Assembly (NCBI GenBank): GCA_025457815.1
Contig: JALOTQ010000002.1
Coordinates: 1-59,259 of the forward strand
DNA: 59,259 nucleotides
Source: Thermoplasmata archaeon
GTDB lineage: Archaea > Thermoplasmatota > Thermoplasmata > UBA10834
Direction: 5' to 3'
Below, one piece after another: positions 8,904 through 16,614 of the stretch. The translations under genes and the position numbers were made by a program. The notes under the pieces are model-generated. The model was not told where the DNA came from. It did not search any database and was given only the letters and a program-made list of their open reading frames with translations. Numbering within the stretch: position 1 is the first letter of the stretch; every line of letters starts with the position of its first letter.

Positions 8904-11900
8904 TCAGCCGCTGGAATACACGTTCGTGGCGAGGATGATCGTCATCGTGCCCCGCGGGTCCGTGATTCCGTCGAACAGGTCCTTGATGGAGTAGTACACC
9001 TTGGCCGGATACATGTTGTAGAAGACCCCTATCTTCGATGTGTAGTCAGCATTCACCGTGTAGTTCGCGGTCAGAATGTCATCGAAGTTGTCTCCGTTCA
9101 CGTCCACCACATCGAAGAGCGTGGGCGCGATGCTTGCGAACGGGGCTCCATCGGTCTTCGCCGAGCACTCGACGAAGAACGTCGTGGAGGCCGTCACCGA
9201 CCAGCCAGAGACCTCTGTCCTGAACTCATAGACTTTCCACTCGCCGTTCTTGGCCGCGACCGTCTCCAGGTGCCCGTCGGATGTGCCGTCGATGTTGGCC
9301 GCCCTCACGGCGACGTAGGCCGCCGTGTTGCTGACCACCTGGTACCTTGACTGCGAGTAGGCTGCGTATCCACCGTAGATGTTCGAGCTGACATAGACGT
9401 AGTCGACATCAACATAGTCCTGGGTCGTGCCACGAGACGTCAAGGAGTCCGAGAAGCGCAGGTAGATAGCCTTTCCCGCGACAGACGAAGGCAGCCTGTA
9501 GCTGTATGTCGTGTAGCTGCCCGAGGTTATCGCGAACAGGAACATGAACTTCCCTGTCGTGCCGTTGCCATCCGTCGAGTAGGACACATAGAAGACCTCG
9601 GACCCGGTCGAGTTGACCCTGGCCCTGATGGACAGCTGCTGGTCCAGGGACGTCGTAAGCGACTGGAACTGCATCGTTACATTGACGCGCCCGTCATCGC
9701 CCGTGTCGTCCTCCTTGAACCTCATGAAGTCGCCTCCGTACTCCTGGGTGAAGCTGACGCTGTCATAGCCGGTCTCCATGGTCCCGTTCGCGACCAGGGG
9801 GTTATACCCGGTTGCCAGCGGGTTGAGGTACTTCATAGTCGGGGACGGGTTATTGGAGTAGTTGTTGACCCAGACCCCTCTGACATCGGACACACCTGCG
9901 ATGTTGCCGGAGTCGCCGACTGTCAGTATGTCCATCATGCCGTCCTGGTTCATGTCCGCGACGTCGAAGTCCCTGATGCCCGATCCGCCCGAGAACGTCG
10001 AGTTGGTGTTGGGCAGCTTGGATATGAGGTCCACGGTCTGGCCAGGCACGTACTTCTTCATGTCGTAGACGTAGATCTTGCCGCCCGCCAGGACCACCAG
10101 GTCCGCGCGGTCGTCCCCGGTCATGTCAACGAGCGCGATCTTCCTTATGTCGACCGTGTAGGTCTTGTAGACCCACGGCGAGACGCCGTATGTGTTGTTG
10201 TAGATCACGACCTTGTTCCCTGAGGAGGAATAGGCGAAGTCGTTGTCGCCATCATCGTTGATGTCCGCGATGGCGATCCATTCCACGACCGTCGTGGTGT
10301 CCCCTGACGGCCTGGCGATCGACGCCGCGCTCTGCCATACGCCGAACGTGTTCAGGGTGTTCTCGAAGTAGAGCAGAGATCCGCTCTCGGCCTGGCCCAT
10401 GAGTATATCCTTGTCGCCGTCGCCGTCAATGTCGCCCGCAGCAAGGGACGTGACAGTGTAGTCCGGGGTCGTGCTCGGGGCGTTCGGGTAGTTGTAGATG
10501 ACCCTTGACGTGAAGAAGTTGTTGTTCTGGATATAGTACAGGTAGTCCGGGGCCACGAAGTTCTGGCTCCCGCCCTGGGATGAATAGACTCCTGCAGTGC
10601 CTGCCAGGAAGTCCGCTCTGATGAGCGAGGCCCTGACGAAGACCTGAGCTGAGAGCGAGTAGACGCCCTCGTTGGTGTCACTGAACCTCGACAGATACAG
10701 CGTGTATGAGTTCGTGCCCGTCAGCCACTGGTCCCCGTTGTTGAACCTGAGGTCGATGGAGAACTTGTAAGCCTTGTCCGTGGCTTTCGTCATCGCGGTC
10801 ATCAGCGGAGTGATTGGCGGTATGCCGTAGAGCTGCGATCCGCCCTTCATGTCCACGATCCTGACCTCCTCAGCGAGAGGGGCAGGGCTGATCTGCGCGT
10901 CGAGCACCGTTACCAGGACGTAGATCATGTATGTGCTGCCGGTGATGACGTACGGGCTGTCCTTCGTGTCTCCCCAAAGCTGCGTGTAGCCGCTGTCGGA
11001 GTAGAGGTGCACTGAGGGCATGTCCTCTTGGCTGATCGAGGAGCCCTCCTGCAGGATCGTTATGATCTGCATGGTCTGGAAGACAGTCTCGCTCTCGCCC
11101 GGCACAGGCTGGCTTCTGAGGCTTATCTGGAACGAGTACGAGCCCGGAGGCAGGTAGCTCGTGTTGAACTTGGTCTCGTAGACCGCCGCGGCCCCTCCCG
11201 TCGGGTAGGGGTAGAACACGCCGGAATCGCCGCCTGGCGGAGCATAAGTCAGGCCCGTCCTCGTGTCGACGACGTCCATCTCGTTCTCCGCGAATATGTT
11301 GGTCATCGTCAGGCTCGCGACACGGATGAAGACCATCTCGTCCTTGAAGAAGGTCGTCCGCGGGTCGCTGATGTTCGCCCTTCCGGTCGGCTGGCCGTCG
11401 GTTATGTTCTCGCCGAACACCGCGAAGCCCTGGTTCCCGCTTATCCACTTGATGTAGGATGGCAGGCCGCTTTCTCCAGTCTCCTGGTTGACCTCGATAA
11501 TCTCGGTGTTGAACTGGGTGTCTGTGGGCAGCTCGACGAGCGAGATTATGAACGTGGATGTGGTAGTGTGCCCCGCGAGGTCTTTAGCATGTATCCATAT
11601 GACCGCGCCGTCAAGCACCTCTGAATCGTACATCAGGTAGCCCGTGGTCGTGGTGTTCATGTGCCACACGGTGAAGTCCCACCTGAACCACCCGTTGAGC
11701 GGCTGGTAGGCAGGGTTCCAGGCCTTCTCAGAGCCGTCCTCGTGGTTGCCTATCCCGTCCTCGAACTGAGACGAGTCCACATAGACCTCGGAGTTGTCCA
11801 GATCGTTGTCAGGGTCGGTGACCTGCACGAACAGCGTGAAGTTCTTGAACTCGCTGATCGGGTCCGCCGTTGGGGTCACCGGGTTGGCGTCGGTGTACCT

Positions 11901-12386
11901 CTGGAGGATGTTCGGTGGGCTGCCTGATCCGCCCCCGGTCACCTGGCTCGTCCATATCGCCTGGCTGTTCTCCATATCTATTATGCTGACAACGATAGAG
12001 CTGGTGTAGGAAGTGTTTGTGAGCTGGGTGGTCCATGTCATCCCCGTCGTCCAAGTCTCGGCGCCGCCCAAGCCTGGGTCGGAGTCGAGGTAGTATGCAC
12101 TGCCGGTTCCGTCGATCTGGATCAGGATGACCGTGTCTTCGGTCCGGAGCAGCTGACCGCCCATGTGCGTGACCGTCAGGTCGGCCGATGTCCCTCCGGA
12201 GAGGAAGTCCACCGAGGCGGAGAAGCTAGCCTTCTTGACCTGCTCGGGAATCGGTATCTGGTTCACGAACGCTATGATCGACGTGAACAGAACCACGGTT
12301 ATCATCAGAATCAGGATGTTGCCGACGACTTCGGACACACCGCTGTTCTCATTTCTCAGCCTTTTCTTTCGAGAATCGAAGCTCAT
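8904..12386 (-). CDS. Large surface protein with archaeal type IV pilin-like (class III) signal peptide and FG-GAP/VCBS-like repeats
   Basis: ATG 12386 is preceded by GGAGG. The N-terminus 'KKRLRNENSG/VSEVVGNILILMITVVLFTSIIAFV' is a pilin/archaellin-type signal. Repeats seen: 'AAGDIDGDGDKDIL', 'IADINDDGDNDF', 'VDMTGDDRADLVV', 'VADMNQDGMMDIL', 'VVDVNGDNFDDIL'. There are many N-x-S/T sequons. Confidence 0.85.
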   Translation of the reverse strand: MSFDSRKKRLRNENSGVSEVVGNILILMITVVLFTSIIAFVNQIPIPEQVKKASFSASVDFLSGGTSADLTVTHMGGQLLRTEDTVILIQIDGTGSAYYLDSDPGLGGAETWTTGMTWTTQLTNTSYTSSIVVSIIDMENSQAIWTSQVTGGGSGSPPNILQRYTDANPVTPTADPISEFKNFTLFVQVTDPDNDLDNSEVYVDSSQFEDGIGNHEDGSEKAWNPAYQPLNGWFRWDFTVWHMNTTTTGYLMYDSEVLDGAVIWIHAKDLAGHTTTSTFIISLVELPTDTQFNTEIIEVNQETGESGLPSYIKWISGNQGFAVFGENITDGQPTGRANISDPRTTFFKDEMVFIRVASLTMTNIFAENEMDVVDTRTGLTYAPPGGDSGVFYPYPTGGAAAVYETKFNTSYLPPGSYSFQISLRSQPVPGESETVFQTMQIITILQEGSSISQEDMPSVHLYSDSGYTQLWGDTKDSPYVITGSTYMIYVLVTVLDAQISPAPLAEEVRIVDMKGGSQLYGIPPITPLMTAMTKATDKAYKFSIDLRFNNGDQWLTGTNSYTLYLSRFSDTNEGVYSLSAQVFVRASLIRADFLAGTAGVYSSQGGSQNFVAPDYLYYIQNNNFFTSRVIYNYPNAPSTTPDYTVTSLAAGDIDGDGDKDILMGQAESGSLLYFENTLNTFGVWQSAASIARPSGDTTTVVEWIAIADINDDGDNDFAYSSSGNKVVIYNNTYGVSPWVYKTYTVDIRKIALVDMTGDDRADLVVLAGGKIYVYDMKKYVPGQTVDLISKLPNTNSTFSGGSGIRDFDVADMNQDGMMDILTVGDSGNIAGVSDVRGVWVNNYSNNPSPTMKYLNPLATGYNPLVANGTMETGYDSVSFTQEYGGDFMRFKEDDTGDDGRVNVTMQFQSLTTSLDQQLSIRARVNSTGSEVFYVSYSTDGNGTTGKFMFLFAITSGSYTTYSYRLPSSVAGKAIYLRFSDSLTSRGTTQDYVDVDYVYVSSNIYGGYAAYSQSRYQVVSNTAAYVAVRAANIDGTSDGHLETVAAKNGEWKVYEFRTEVSGWSVTASTTFFVECSAKTDGAPFASIAPTLFDVVDVNGDNFDDILTANYTVNADYTSKIGVFYNMYPAKVYYSIKDLFDGITDPRGTMTIILATNVYSSG

Positions 12387-12450
12387 GCTTTCAGTCCTCC
12401 GGGGATGAGAGAACTCACTCTGCTTTTCGTGCGATTCAACGCCCTGGACC

Positions 12451-12459
12451 ATATTTAAA
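12451..12459 (-). promoter_or_regulatory. TATA-like box (ATATTTAAA) upstream of the large surface-protein gene
   Basis: AT-rich box about 65-70 nt upstream of ATG 12386. This is consistent with a leadered mRNA using the GGAGG RBS. Confidence 0.3.
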
Positions 12460-12531
12460 CGTGTTGAGGTCATTACCAACTACCAGTGAAATCAAATCCG
12501 GCTTCCTGGGAGGCCGCCCAAACCAGCACGA

Positions 12532-12539
12532 TTATATAA
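12532..12539 (+). promoter_or_regulatory. TATA box (TTATATAA) about 27 nt upstream of ATG 12563
   Basis: The spacing fits a leaderless transcript for the wHTH-NTPase gene and supports 12563 over the track start at 12461. Confidence 0.4.
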
Positions 12540-12562
12540 GAACAGGGGCATCCTCAGAACCG

Positions 12563-13693
12563 ATGCCAGAGGCTGGCCAACTAAGCGTCAACGACAGAGT
12601 CCTCCTCCACCTTTCCAGGTTCGCCACGGACGTTCCACCGGAAGAGTACAGCCCCGATGTCACGCAGGCCGGGATAGCCTTCGGGGTTGGCATGTCGCGC
12701 ACGCACGTGCCGCGCGCTGTCAAGGGGCTTATAAAGGACGGACTTGTCGAAGAGCTCACGGCCAGGGTCAAGGGACACGAGCGCCGGATGAACATCTACT
12801 CCGTCACGACCGAGGGGCTCCGGTCTGCCGAAGACCTGTGGAAGCGCATCAGGGAGACCACCTTCCCCATACAGAAGGAAGGCGCTTCGTCGAAGATGGC
12901 GGGCAAAGACATCGAGGAGCTTCTGGGCAGGAAACGCGCGATCGCGGCGGTCTCGAGGATAAGGGACGGAGTCGTCGAGGTCGGGGAGACGCGGCGCGCG
13001 CCGATAAGGGATTTCGGCGATGCTCCGAAGCTAGACCATTTCTACGGGCGCGAGGCAGAGCTCAAGGTCATGGACCATTTCATGGAAACCGAGTCCCGCG
13101 TGCTGGTCGTTCTGGGGAACCGAGGGTACGGTGCGACGGCATTGACCCGCAAGTTCCTCGAGACCCAGGACGAGGACGATTGCCTCTGGACGACTCTGTC
13201 TCCCGGCACGACCGCCAAGCATCTTGAGGACGCCCTCGTTAGCTTCGGCAAGGGAGTCAGCAGGAACGTCAGCTCTCTTGCGGAGGTTCTCGCACTGGAC
13301 AACTGCGTGCTCGCTTTCGACGACTACTACGATGTGGGAGAGGAGGTCGTCGAGTTCTTCTCGGACCTCGTAGAGGCGGAAGGGCAGGCGAAGATCGTGA
13401 TCAGTGCCAGGCAGGAGACGCCGGCCTACAATTGGTTCTATCAGAAGGAGCAGGTGGATCGTGGGGTCGTGACCGAGCTGAGGATCAAGGGCCTGGACGA
13501 GGAGAGCGCGAAGAAGATGCTCGGGAACGAGAAGATAGAGAAGGACGCTCTCAGACGCATACTCATGTTCACGCGTGGTCAGCCCCTGGTGCTGAAGATG
13601 CTGAGGGAAGGGGACTCCAAGGCCCTGAAGAAGAACACTGTGTTCACGGCCGAAGAGATTGGATATCTGCTGTTCCTCAAGGACAAGGTCTAG
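12563..13693 (+). CDS. Winged-helix DNA-binding domain fused to a minimal STAND/NB-ARC-like NTPase with degenerate Walker A
   Basis: wHTH 'LSRFATDV...GIAFGVGMSRTHVPRAVKGLIKDGLVEE'. P-loop position reads 'VVLGNRGYGAT' (Lys replaced by Ala). Walker B-like 'VLAFDDYYD'. NB-ARC-like 'LRIKGLDEESAKKMLG' and 'FTRGQPLVLKML'. Confidence 0.65.
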   Translation: MPEAGQLSVNDRVLLHLSRFATDVPPEEYSPDVTQAGIAFGVGMSRTHVPRAVKGLIKDGLVEELTARVKGHERRMNIYSVTTEGLRSAEDLWKRIRETTFPIQKEGASSKMAGKDIEELLGRKRAIAAVSRIRDGVVEVGETRRAPIRDFGDAPKLDHFYGREAELKVMDHFMETESRVLVVLGNRGYGATALTRKFLETQDEDDCLWTTLSPGTTAKHLEDALVSFGKGVSRNVSSLAEVLALDNCVLAFDDYYDVGEEVVEFFSDLVEAEGQAKIVISARQETPAYNWFYQKEQVDRGVVTELRIKGLDEESAKKMLGNEKIEKDALRRILMFTRGQPLVLKMLREGDSKALKKNTVFTAEEIGYLLFLKDKV

Positions 13694-13700
13694 CCCGGAT

Positions 13701-14234
13701 TCACCACTCGACGCCCTTCCTCGCCTTGAGGCCCTCGTCGAATGGATGCTTCCAGCTGTCGATCACTGAGACGTAGTCCGCATACTCGATGAACTCGAGC
13801 GGAGCGTCCCTGCCGGTCATCACGACCTCTACGCCCTCCCGCCTTGTCTTCACGGCCTGTAGCACTTCCGATCCGGCGATGAGACCGAACGATACGGCCG
13901 TGCTGACCTCATCCAACACGACCATCTGGCAGTCCCCATCCTTGAGTCTGCCGCGCACGAACTCGAGGGCTTCATTCGCGGTGCGCCTGTCCTCTGCCGA
14001 CGGGTTCTTGAGATCGACGAACCTGCCGGTCCCGAACTGTCGCACCTCGATTCCCTGAATCTTCTTTGCAGCGATGGTCTCCCCGGTCGTCTCACCCGTC
14101 TTCATGAACTGTACGATGCAGACCTTCAGGCCGTGCCCAGCGGCACGAAGAGCCAATCCGAATGCCGCGGTGGTCTTCCCCTTGCCTGGGCCGGTGATGA
14201 CGTGCACCTTGCCCAAGCTTCCCGAATCTGACAT
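13701..14234 (-). CDS. cobO: Cob(I)yrinic acid a,c-diamide / corrinoid adenosyltransferase (CobA/CobO/BtuR family)
   Basis: ATG 14234. Motifs 'VITGPGKGKTTAAFGLALRAAGHGLKVCIVQFMK', 'VVLDEV', 'VVMTGRDAP...ADYVSVIDSWKHPFDEGLKARKGVEW'. Confidence 0.9.
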   Translation of the reverse strand: MSDSGSLGKVHVITGPGKGKTTAAFGLALRAAGHGLKVCIVQFMKTGETTGETIAAKKIQGIEVRQFGTGRFVDLKNPSAEDRRTANEALEFVRGRLKDGDCQMVVLDEVSTAVSFGLIAGSEVLQAVKTRREGVEVVMTGRDAPLEFIEYADYVSVIDSWKHPFDEGLKARKGVEW

Positions 14235-14271
14235 CGACACCTTGAAGCACTTCCGCATAGAAAAACCGGAG

Positions 14272-14778
14272 CTAGCGTCCCCGCGGCCGTCCGTTTTCAC
14301 CGGGTATGGAGAACTCGCGCTCGAGGAGCCCCAGCTGTTGCGTCTCGAACGCCCTGGGGTCGATAGGGACGAGGAGATAGGATCCTGACATCGCAACCTC
14401 CTCGTTCGTGAGCTGGATGGCCTTCATGACCGTCGCGAACCCGTTCTCGGTGATCAGGTATTCCAGACCGTCCAGCAGCACGACCGAGCCCGGATTAGCC
14501 TTGATGAAGTCTGACACCGTGCTGTGTATCTTCATGAGACGTGTAGGTTCGAGCACTATAACCCCGCCAGTCGGCTTGGTCGCCTTCGCGATCCACATGA
14601 CGGGACAGTCAAGACTGTAGACCTGCTGTACCCGGCCAGGGTGGGTTCTGGTGATGACTATTCCGCGCTTTCCCTCGGCGAGTAGCTTCTTGAAGACCTC
14701 AAAGGCACGGCCGACCCCCTTGTCGGTGAACAGGTACGAACTCCCGCTCTTCAGGTCTGCCTCGCTGTCGCCGCTCAT
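14272..14778 (-). CDS. DUF835-like protein (P-loop-less RecA/KaiC-fold partner)
   Basis: 168 aa. 'GSSYLFTDKGVGRAFEVFKKLLAEGKRGIVITRTHP...VVLLDGLEYLITENGF...LLVPIDPRAF', with no Walker A. It starts 9 nt after the KaiC-like stop codon. Confidence 0.75.
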   Translation of the reverse strand: MSGDSEADLKSGSSYLFTDKGVGRAFEVFKKLLAEGKRGIVITRTHPGRVQQVYSLDCPVMWIAKATKPTGGVIVLEPTRLMKIHSTVSDFIKANPGSVVLLDGLEYLITENGFATVMKAIQLTNEEVAMSGSYLLVPIDPRAFETQQLGLLEREFSIPGENGRPRGR

Positions 14779-14787
14779 GGACTGGTC

Positions 14788-15462
14788 CTACCTGAGGCCA
14801 GCCTGGACTGCGAGGCCCTCGTCGGTGATGTCGATCAGCTGTCTGCCAGTCGTGTGCTTGGTCCCTCTCATCTTGAGAACCTCGAGGAACTTCCGGCGCA
14901 CCTTCTCCTCCTCGGGATAGGAAAGCATGATCACGCCGTCCACCATGTACGATTCCTGGCTGTGGGATATGTCGTCGTAAGATAGCTCGGCCGTGACGAG
15001 CGTCAGGCAGTTGAACGCCTTCAGATAGGCGAAGATCTCGTGCATGAACTCCCGGGTCTCGCCCCGCCACTGGAGCATGTCAGTCATCGGGGTGATGGGG
15101 TCAATGACTATCCTGAGGGGTTGGTACTGCTCGATCTTCTTCTTGATGATGTTGAGCATGTCGCTGGGGTTCTTGAGCAGCGTGGGACCGATGTCGATGA
15201 AATTCACCACGCCCTTCTCGACCAGCTCCTGGTTGTAGAACGAGAACGATGATAGGAACTTCTGCACGAGCCACTGGGGTTCCGAGATGGCTGTGATGTA
15301 GAGCCCCTTCTCCCCTTCTCTGGCCCCGTGGAACAGGCTCTGGACGGCCAGAGTGGTCTTCCCTGTGCCGGGCTCCCCGGCGACGAGAATCGCTGATGGG
15401 AACGGGAACCCTCCCTGAAGCATGCCGTCCAGCCCCGGGATGCCCGTGGTCTTCCTCGTCAA
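14788..15462 (-). CDS. KaiC-like / RecA-superfamily ATPase (single domain)
   Basis: TTG start 1 nt after the V4R stop. 'TGIPGLDGMLQGGFPFPSAILVAGEPGTGKTTLAVQ', catalytic 'YITAISEP', Walker B 'LRIVIDPIT', C-terminal 'LKMRGTKHTTG'. Confidence 0.9.
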   Translation of the reverse strand: MTRKTTGIPGLDGMLQGGFPFPSAILVAGEPGTGKTTLAVQSLFHGAREGEKGLYITAISEPQWLVQKFLSSFSFYNQELVEKGVVNFIDIGPTLLKNPSDMLNIIKKKIEQYQPLRIVIDPITPMTDMLQWRGETREFMHEIFAYLKAFNCLTLVTAELSYDDISHSQESYMVDGVIMLSYPEEEKVRRKFLEVLKMRGTKHTTGRQLIDITDEGLAVQAGLR

Positions 15463-15463
15463 G

Positions 15464-15871
15464 TCACAGCACCTCCGTGTCTATGACGAAGACGCACTTG
15501 TCGTCCCCCTTGGAAACGCACCTGCGCTCGTGACAGTACACATCCTTCCCGGTCCTCTCCTCGAAGACCTTTGCGAGCATGCCTCTCAGCATGTGGCATG
15601 TGGGAGAATCTGAATTGGACACCTCGATGGATCCCGCGACGCTGATCGTGTCTCCCTCGAACACGATGTCCGTGACCCAACCTTCCCGGATGAGCGCGTC
15701 CTTGACCTTGCCCAGGTCGGACCCGACGGCACGTATCAGTCTGTCCCCGATGATCCTGCCGCTCCTGTAGAACATCCCGTGGGATGCGAATGTCATCACG
15801 GTTTCGTACAGTTTCTTGATCTCGACAAGCTCCTCCCTGCGGAGTCTTATGGCGCGCTCTGATTGTTCCAT
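15464..15871 (-). CDS. V4R (4-vinyl-reductase-like) small-molecule-binding domain protein
   Basis: ATG 15871. 'FYRSGRIIGDRL' and the C-terminal Cys pattern 'PTCHMLRGMLAKVFEERTG..VYCHERRCVSKGDDKCVFVI' are typical of V4R domains. Confidence 0.75.
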   Translation of the reverse strand: MEQSERAIRLRREELVEIKKLYETVMTFASHGMFYRSGRIIGDRLIRAVGSDLGKVKDALIREGWVTDIVFEGDTISVAGSIEVSNSDSPTCHMLRGMLAKVFEERTGKDVYCHERRCVSKGDDKCVFVIDTEVL

Positions 15872-15997
15872 ACAAGCCACCTGGTAGGGGGATGCATCTA
15901 TCCGTGAATCGGGACTTATACCTTTTGGTAACGGCATCATGCCCCGACTGGCTGGCTCGGGACAAGTTAATCTACTCCCTGATGCTTCGGAGCCGTC

Positions 15998-16543
15998 GTG
16001 CTAGAAGTCGAGTCCAAGTACAGGTCCCCTGGCAATGACAAGGTCGAGAAGGCCCTCGCAAAACTCGGTGCCAAGAAGACTTGGGGAGGCACGATGGAAG
16101 ACGTGTACTACGCCCATCCGTCTCGCGATTTCGGGAAGACCGACGAGGCCCTCAGGCTGCGCAAGTCCGATGACGCATCGGAACTCACGTACAAGGGGCC
16201 TAGGATGCAGTCACTGACGGTGAAGGCGCGCGAGGAGATCACGCTCAAGACCGACAATCCTCTCGCAGTCGCGCGAATCGTCGAAAGGCTCGGCTTCAGG
16301 GAGTCCTTCGTTGTCCGGAAGAGCCGGAGCAGCTACATTCTCGACAAGCTGAGAGTGGAGGTCGACGATGTCGAAGGCCTCGGCGAGTTCGTCGAGCTGG
16401 AGATCCTCACTGAGTCGCCAGAGAGGTCCAAGATGCTCATGGAAACCGCAAGGACCGAGCTCGGCTTGGAGAAACTGGAGCCCAGGACCTACCTGGAGAT
16501 GCTAATCGAGAAGATGGCTTCGGAGCGCAGCCACAAAGAATAA
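15998..16543 (+). CDS. CYTH-domain protein (class IV adenylate cyclase CyaB / triphosphate tunnel metalloenzyme-like)
   Basis: GTG start. 'LEVESKY' (ExExK motif), 'TDEALRLRK...ELTYKGP', 'KAREEITL', 'VEVDDVEGLGEFVELEI'. Confidence 0.8.
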   Translation: MLEVESKYRSPGNDKVEKALAKLGAKKTWGGTMEDVYYAHPSRDFGKTDEALRLRKSDDASELTYKGPRMQSLTVKAREEITLKTDNPLAVARIVERLGFRESFVVRKSRSSYILDKLRVEVDDVEGLGEFVELEILTESPERSKMLMETARTELGLEKLEPRTYLEMLIEKMASERSHKE

Positions 16544-16552
16544 AATCGAGAT

Positions 16553-16595
16553 GGCGGAAGCGGATTCCGCCCTTGCACCCGCCTCGCGGGTGCAA
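16553..16595. terminator. Two adjacent perfect hairpins between convergent genes
   Basis: First hairpin: GGCGGAA-gcgga-TTCCGCC (16553-16571). Second hairpin: TTGCACCCGC-ctc-GCGGGTGCAA (16573-16595). They sit in the 71-nt convergent gap. No oligo-T run follows, so a terminator role is only a guess. Confidence 0.35.
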
Positions 16596-16614
16596 CAACA
16601 AGGTGAGGACGGCC

